From Candidatus Omnitrophota bacterium (GTDB lineage: Bacteria; Omnitrophota; Gorgyraeia; Gygaellales; Profunditerraquicolaceae): 64,000 nt of DNA. Below, in pieces: positions 59,739-64,000 of the stretch; position 1 is the stretch's first letter, and each line of letters starts with the position of its first letter. Both the position numbers and the translations under genes were made by a program. The notes below the pieces were generated by a model. That model was not told the DNA's origin. It searched no databases and was given only the letters and a program-made list of their open reading frames with translations. The stretch is taken from assembly GCA_041663665.1 (NCBI GenBank), contig JBAYMG010000001.1, forward strand, positions 1,482 through 65,481. Direction: 5' to 3'.

Positions 59739-60475
59739 AGCTGCATTTTTTAGGGACTAACGGTTGGTATGACACGCAACTGGGTAATACGCTTTCAGTT
59801 TTATTGGATACGGATCAGGCTTATATTGTTTTTGATGCCGGCACCGGATTTTACAAGCTGGATCAGTATGTAAAAGGGAATAAGCCGATAATAGTTTTAC
59901 TCAGCCATTTTCATTTAGACCATATTATTGGCTTACATGCTCTGGCTAAATTTAATTTTGCTCAAGGAATTAAGGTTTTTGGGCCGCCGGGAATAAAGAA
60001 ATTATTTAGCCAGATTATTAACAGCCCTTATTCTATGCCGCTTAATCAGCTTAAGACTAAAGTTACGGTAAAAGAATTTTCGAATAATTTAAAACTGCCT
60101 GTAGATATTCAATATCGGAAGTTACGCCATGTTGGAGTTTGTTATGGATATAAAGTAACAGCGGATAATAAATCAATAGTTTTTTGTACAGATACCGGGC
60201 CATGTAGTAATTTTAACCGGCTAGCTAAAGGCGCGGATATTTTAATAACTGAGTCTTCTTTACCTGCGGGGAAAATAAATAACAAATGGCCGCATCTTAA
60301 TCCGGAACAAGCGGCCAGGTTAGCTAAAATTGCAAAAGTTAAGAAATTATTCCTGGCTCATTTTGATGCCAGTATTTATTTTGATATGGGGGATAGGATG
60401 GATGCGGCAATGGTTGCTCGAGAAATATTTAGAAATACATTGGTAGCAGTTGACGGATTAACTATAAATTTATAA
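59735..60475 (+). CDS. metallo-beta-lactamase-fold hydrolase
   Basis: HxHxDH metal-binding motif (SHFHLDHIIG) in a 246-aa protein. Confidence 0.6.
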   Translation: MKLHFLGTNGWYDTQLGNTLSVLLDTDQAYIVFDAGTGFYKLDQYVKGNKPIIVLLSHFHLDHIIGLHALAKFNFAQGIKVFGPPGIKKLFSQIINSPYSMPLNQLKTKVTVKEFSNNLKLPVDIQYRKLRHVGVCYGYKVTADNKSIVFCTDTGPCSNFNRLAKGADILITESSLPAGKINNKWPHLNPEQAARLAKIAKVKKLFLAHFDASIYFDMGDRMDAAMVAREIFRNTLVAVDGLTINL

Positions 60476-60476
60476 A

Positions 60477-61364
60477 ATGCGGAAAGTAAAAGTAGGCATA
60501 ATTGGAACCGGAAATATCGGTACAGATCTTTTAATTAAAATACAAAGATCGAAGTTTTTAGAATGTGGTATTTTTGTTGGAAGAAATGCTGATTCTGAAG
60601 GGATAAGAAGGGCTGAATTAATGGGGATTAATACTTCTTGTGAATCTATTGAAGCCATTTCAAAAAATCCAGGCTTGTGTGAAATTGTTTTTGATGCTAC
60701 TTCTGCAAGTGTGCATTTAAAAAATGCCCCGATTTTGAAGAAATTGAAAAAATACACTATTGATTTAACTCCTTCAAGGATTGGGAAAATGTGCGTGCCG
60801 GCGATTAATATGAAAGAATGCCTTGATGTTAGCAATATTAATTTAGTCACCTGCGGAGGACAGGCGGCAATTCCAATTATGGTTGCGATTATGAAAGTTC
60901 ACCCGGATACTGAATATATTGAGCTAGTATCTAGCATTGCTTCAAAATCAGCAGGTTCTGGAACAAGATTGAATATTGATGAGTTTACGCAGACAACTAT
61001 AGACGCGATAGAGAGTTTTACGAAAGTTAAAAAGGCAAAAGCAATTATTATTCTTAATCCTGCTGAACCTCCGGTATTAATGCACAATACTATTTATGCA
61101 AATATTAAAAAACCGAATCTAGCGAGATTAAAAAGGGAAGTTAATAAAACTGCGAATGTGATTAAAAAATATGTTCCGGGATATAAAATTACTCTGGGGC
61201 CTGTATTTGAGAATGATAGAGTGACAACTATGATCGAAGTTATTGGCTTGGGTGATTATCTGCCCAAGTATTCAGGAAATCTTGATATTATTACTTGCGC
61301 TGCTGTTAATATGGCCGAGGAATACGCTAAGCGGAAACTATTATCAAAAACTATGAATAATTAG
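60477..61364 (+). CDS. acetylating acetaldehyde dehydrogenase (DmpF/MhpF type)
   Basis: VGIIGTGNIGTDLLIKI, FDATSASVH, VTCGGQAAIP, SKSAGSGTRLNIDEFT and AIIILNPAEPP closely match DmpF. Confidence 0.85.
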   Translation: MRKVKVGIIGTGNIGTDLLIKIQRSKFLECGIFVGRNADSEGIRRAELMGINTSCESIEAISKNPGLCEIVFDATSASVHLKNAPILKKLKKYTIDLTPSRIGKMCVPAINMKECLDVSNINLVTCGGQAAIPIMVAIMKVHPDTEYIELVSSIASKSAGSGTRLNIDEFTQTTIDAIESFTKVKKAKAIIILNPAEPPVLMHNTIYANIKKPNLARLKREVNKTANVIKKYVPGYKITLGPVFENDRVTTMIEVIGLGDYLPKYSGNLDIITCAAVNMAEEYAKRKLLSKTMNN

Positions 61365-61370
61365 AATACT

Positions 61371-62414
61371 ATGAGTGAAATAATATTTTTTGATTCAACT
61401 TTACGCGATGGTTCCCATGCAATAGGCCATCAATTAAGCGCTGGCAATATTAAAGAATATTGCAGGCAAATAGATGATGCCGGTTTGTATACTACTATTG
61501 TTGGCCATGGCAATGGACTGGGAGCCTCATCGCTGCAGGTTGGGCTTTCAGCCATAACTGATAAGGATATGCTTAAATGTGCTCGCAAAGAACTTAAAAA
61601 AACTAAATTAGGCGTATTTTTAATTCCGGGTTTTGGGACTATAAATGATGATATTAATCCGGCTATAGATGTTGGAGTTGATTTATTTTGCGTAGCTACC
61701 CATTGCACAGAAGCAGATGTTACAAGACAGCATATAGAATATTTGAGAAAGAAAAATAAAGAAACTTATGGCGTATTAATGATGTATCATATGACGTCAA
61801 AAGAAAAACTAGTTGAAGAAGCTTTAAAAATGCAAAGCTATGGCGCGCAGGGCGTAATTATTATGGATTCTGCGGGCGCTTCAACTCCAGAAATGGTTTC
61901 TGACACAGTTTCGTATCTTTCCCAAAATATTGAAATCAAGCTTGGATTTCATGCCCATAATAATCTTGGTCTTGCTGTAGCAAATTCATTAATTGCTATC
62001 CAAAACGGAGTTTTAATTATAGATGGGACTTTACGCGGATTTGGTGCGGGAGCGGGGAATTGTCAATTAGAGGTATTGATTGGGCTTTTGTTAAAGATAG
62101 GGATTTCTACTAATCTTGATCTCTATAGAATGATGGATGTAAGCGATAATATTGTTGCAAAAATAATGAAAAAACCGCAGGAAATTTCTTCAATTTCTTT
62201 AATAAGCGGTATTGCCGGAGTATTCTCAGGATTTGCTAATCACGTAAAACAAGCAGCAGAGAGATTTAAGGTTGATCCAAGGGACATTTTTATGGAATTG
62301 GGTAAGCGTAAGATGGTTGCCGGACAAGAGGATTTTATTGTTGATGTAGCGATGTATTTGGCCAGCAAAAAAGGCTCAGAGAAAGAAAGTTATGATATTG
62401 AATCTTTGCTCTAG
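61371..62414 (+). CDS. 4-hydroxy-2-oxovalerate aldolase-type class II pyruvate aldolase (DmpG/MhpE type)
   Basis: DSTLRDGSHAIGHQ, CVATHCTEADVTRQHIEYLR, FHAHNNLGLAVANS, GAGAGNCQLE and RKMVAGQEDFIVDVA closely match DmpG. Confidence 0.85.
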   Translation: MSEIIFFDSTLRDGSHAIGHQLSAGNIKEYCRQIDDAGLYTTIVGHGNGLGASSLQVGLSAITDKDMLKCARKELKKTKLGVFLIPGFGTINDDINPAIDVGVDLFCVATHCTEADVTRQHIEYLRKKNKETYGVLMMYHMTSKEKLVEEALKMQSYGAQGVIIMDSAGASTPEMVSDTVSYLSQNIEIKLGFHAHNNLGLAVANSLIAIQNGVLIIDGTLRGFGAGAGNCQLEVLIGLLLKIGISTNLDLYRMMDVSDNIVAKIMKKPQEISSISLISGIAGVFSGFANHVKQAAERFKVDPRDIFMELGKRKMVAGQEDFIVDVAMYLASKKGSEKESYDIESLL

Positions 62415-62431
62415 CTTTACGGAGGTATTTT

Positions 62432-64000
62432 ATGAGAGTTGCTGATTTCATTTTTAAGTTTTTATCTGATAGGGGAGTTGAGACTATATATATGGTTTCT
62501 GGCGGGCAAGCGATGTTTTTGGTTGATGCCGTTTATCAAAACAAAAAGCTTAAGGCAATATGCACACATCATGAGCAGTCAGCTGGGATGTCTGCAGATG
62601 CATACGGTAGATTAACCGGTAAGTTAGGTGTTGCTTTGGTTACTGCTGGTCCAGGTGCAGTAAATATTACTAATGGCGTAGTTGGGGGCTGGACTGATTC
62701 TGCCCCAATGATGGTTATCTCAGGACAATCTAGTTTGTCCTGTGTCCGGTATCAGCAGGAACATCCTATTCGACAATTTGGTATTCAAGGTATTAACATT
62801 AAGCCGTTAGTGGAAGACGTAACTAAATATTTTGTTACAATAGATGATCCGGCAAAGATTCTTTTCTATATGAGCAAAGCTTATTATTTAGCTTTAAATG
62901 GCAGGCCTGGGCCAGTATGGATTGATGTTCCTCTTGATGTGCAAAAAATGGAGGTTCCTGCCGGATTGTTAGAAGAATACCAGCCTCCTCTAGAAAAAAC
63001 AAATAATGATATTTTAAATAAAGAAGTTGAGGAACTATTGGTAATGCTCTCTAAGGCGAAACGGCCAGTTATATTAGCTGGGCAAGGAGTAAGGTTATCC
63101 CATGCACTTAATGATTTTTTAAACGTTGTTGACAGATTAAAAATCCCTGTTTTAACATCAAGGTTGGGTATTGATTTAATAAACAGTGATAACCAACTGT
63201 ATGTTGGCCGGCCAGGTAATTATGGGGAAAGAGCAGCAAATTTTGCAATTCAAAATTCAGATTTGATTATCTCGATGGGCTGCCGGCTGGCTTCAGCGTT
63301 AGTTGGACATGATGCTAAAAATTTTGGAAAATATGCGAAAAAAGTAGTTGTGGATATTGATAAGGAAGAGCTGGAAAAACCGGGGTTTAAAATAGATTTA
63401 AAAATTAATTTTGATCTAAAAAGAGTTTTGCTTGAAATTCTTAAAACGTTAGATAAAGAAAATATTTTAAAATATAAGAATTGGGTTGATCAGTGTAATC
63501 ATTGGAAATTAACTTATCCGGTAGTTTTGGATAGCTATAAACATGAGAAACCCGTAAATTCGTATTATTTTACGGATAAACTTTCTGATTATGCCACTAA
63601 AGATGATGTGGTTATTGTGGATACCGGCACTTGTTTTCATGTTGCTTGTCAGACTTGGAAGATAAAAAAAGGCCAGAGATTTCTTACTACTGGCGGGTTG
63701 TCTTCTATGGGGTACTGGGCAGCTTCCATAGGTGGTTGCATAGCTAATAATCGGAAAAGAACAGTGGTTATCACAGGAGATGGAAGCCTGCAAATGAATA
63801 TTCAGGAGCTGGCTGTGATCAAGCATAATAACTTACCAATTAAAATTGTTATTTTTAATAATAATGGCTATTTGCTTATTCGCCATACCCAGAAGAATTT
63901 TATGGCAGGCAGGTTGTTGGGGGAAGGGCCGGATACAGGAGTATGGTGTCCGGATTCACTGAAAGTTGCTCAGGCATATGGAATAAAGGGGGTAAGGATT
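62432..64000 (+). CDS. thiamine-diphosphate enzyme of the acetolactate-synthase/YerE type (partial; runs off the 3' edge)
   Basis: It was absent from the ORF track because no stop codon falls in the window. My own translation is open from the ATG at 62432, which follows a GGAGG ribosome-binding site. It carries the Pyr domain (GVETIYMVSGGQAMFL), a central domain and the ThDP-binding GDGSLQMNIQEL...NN motif. Confidence 0.75.
   Translation, partial: MRVADFIFKFLSDRGVETIYMVSGGQAMFLVDAVYQNKKLKAICTHHEQSAGMSADAYGRLTGKLGVALVTAGPGAVNITNGVVGGWTDSAPMMVISGQSSLSCVRYQQEHPIRQFGIQGINIKPLVEDVTKYFVTIDDPAKILFYMSKAYYLALNGRPGPVWIDVPLDVQKMEVPAGLLEEYQPPLEKTNNDILNKEVEELLVMLSKAKRPVILAGQGVRLSHALNDFLNVVDRLKIPVLTSRLGIDLINSDNQLYVGRPGNYGERAANFAIQNSDLIISMGCRLASALVGHDAKNFGKYAKKVVVDIDKEELEKPGFKIDLKINFDLKRVLLEILKTLDKENILKYKNWVDQCNHWKLTYPVVLDSYKHEKPVNSYYFTDKLSDYATKDDVVIVDTGTCFHVACQTWKIKKGQRFLTTGGLSSMGYWAASIGGCIANNRKRTVVITGDGSLQMNIQELAVIKHNNLPIKIVIFNNNGYLLIRHTQKNFMAGRLLGEGPDTGVWCPDSLKVAQAYGIKGVRI

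Noticed and set aside
1-64000. CRISPR arrays, rRNA and tRNA genes
   Set aside because: I found no run of regularly spaced direct repeats and no rRNA-like conserved blocks. I recognised no cloverleaf-like GC-rich segments of 70-90 nt in the intergenic regions, though I could not run a covariance search.

Overview
This is a low-GC (about 33%) bacterial chromosome segment in which every credible gene is on the + strand. Positions 1-7.9 kb carry housekeeping genes: the obg 3' end, proB, proA, nadD, rpe, a phosphohexomutase, rpsA and tyrS. Positions 7.9-9.4 kb hold an IS200-like (Y1/HUH) transposase flanked by inverted copies of a ~60-bp end-like element, plus a BrnT/BrnA-type toxin-antitoxin pair. 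From 9.4 kb to the window end (and beyond) lies one large, co-directional surface-glycan (O-antigen/capsule-type) locus that draws on five nucleotide carriers. The dTDP branch is rmlA-rmlD-rmlB. The CDP branch is a CDP-paratose-2-epimerase-like enzyme at 12.4 kb and ddhA/ddhB (rfbF/rfbG) at 58 kb. The GDP branch is gmd, a Zn-ribbon C-methyltransferase-like enzyme, a Gmd paralogue, a ColD/E1-type 3-dehydratase, a GT11 fucosyltransferase-like enzyme and an fcl-like synthase. The CMP branch is a complete legionaminic-acid pathway (legB/C, ptmE, legH, legI, legG, ptmA, ptmF, legF) followed by an FkbM methyltransferase and a HisF/HisH/amidotransferase trio characteristic of acetamidino-sugar synthesis. 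The UDP branch is a PglF/CapD-like dehydratase with a small phosphoglycosyl transferase. The locus also encodes Wzz, Wzx and two Wzy/O-antigen-ligase-like proteins, at least six glycosyltransferases and several methyltransferases. Its most unusual contents are two cobalamin-binding radical-SAM enzymes (35.6 and 50.5 kb) and a terminal module (59.7-64 kb) of an MBL-fold hydrolase, a DmpF-type acetylating acetaldehyde dehydrogenase, a DmpG-type 4-hydroxy-2-oxovalerate aldolase and an acetolactate-synthase-like ThDP enzyme sitting directly after the CDP-hexose genes. I read this as a candidate pathway to a C-branched (yersiniose-like) deoxyhexose that may be undescribed. Two small-repeat families are visible. 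One is a perfect palindrome (GGGACGCTCCTATTT...AAATAGGAGCGTCCC) present after rpsA and inserted in frame inside rmlB. The other is a ~60-bp IS-end-derived element that sits immediately upstream of several Shine-Dalgarno-less start codons. Other anomalies are a frameshifted rhuM-family gene at a poly-A tract, a beta-repeat protein paired with a signal-peptide-less papain-like peptidase, a SemiSWEET at the head of the locus, and a GC-richer mosaic block at about 29-44 kb. I saw no CRISPR arrays or rRNA genes and recognised no tRNA genes.
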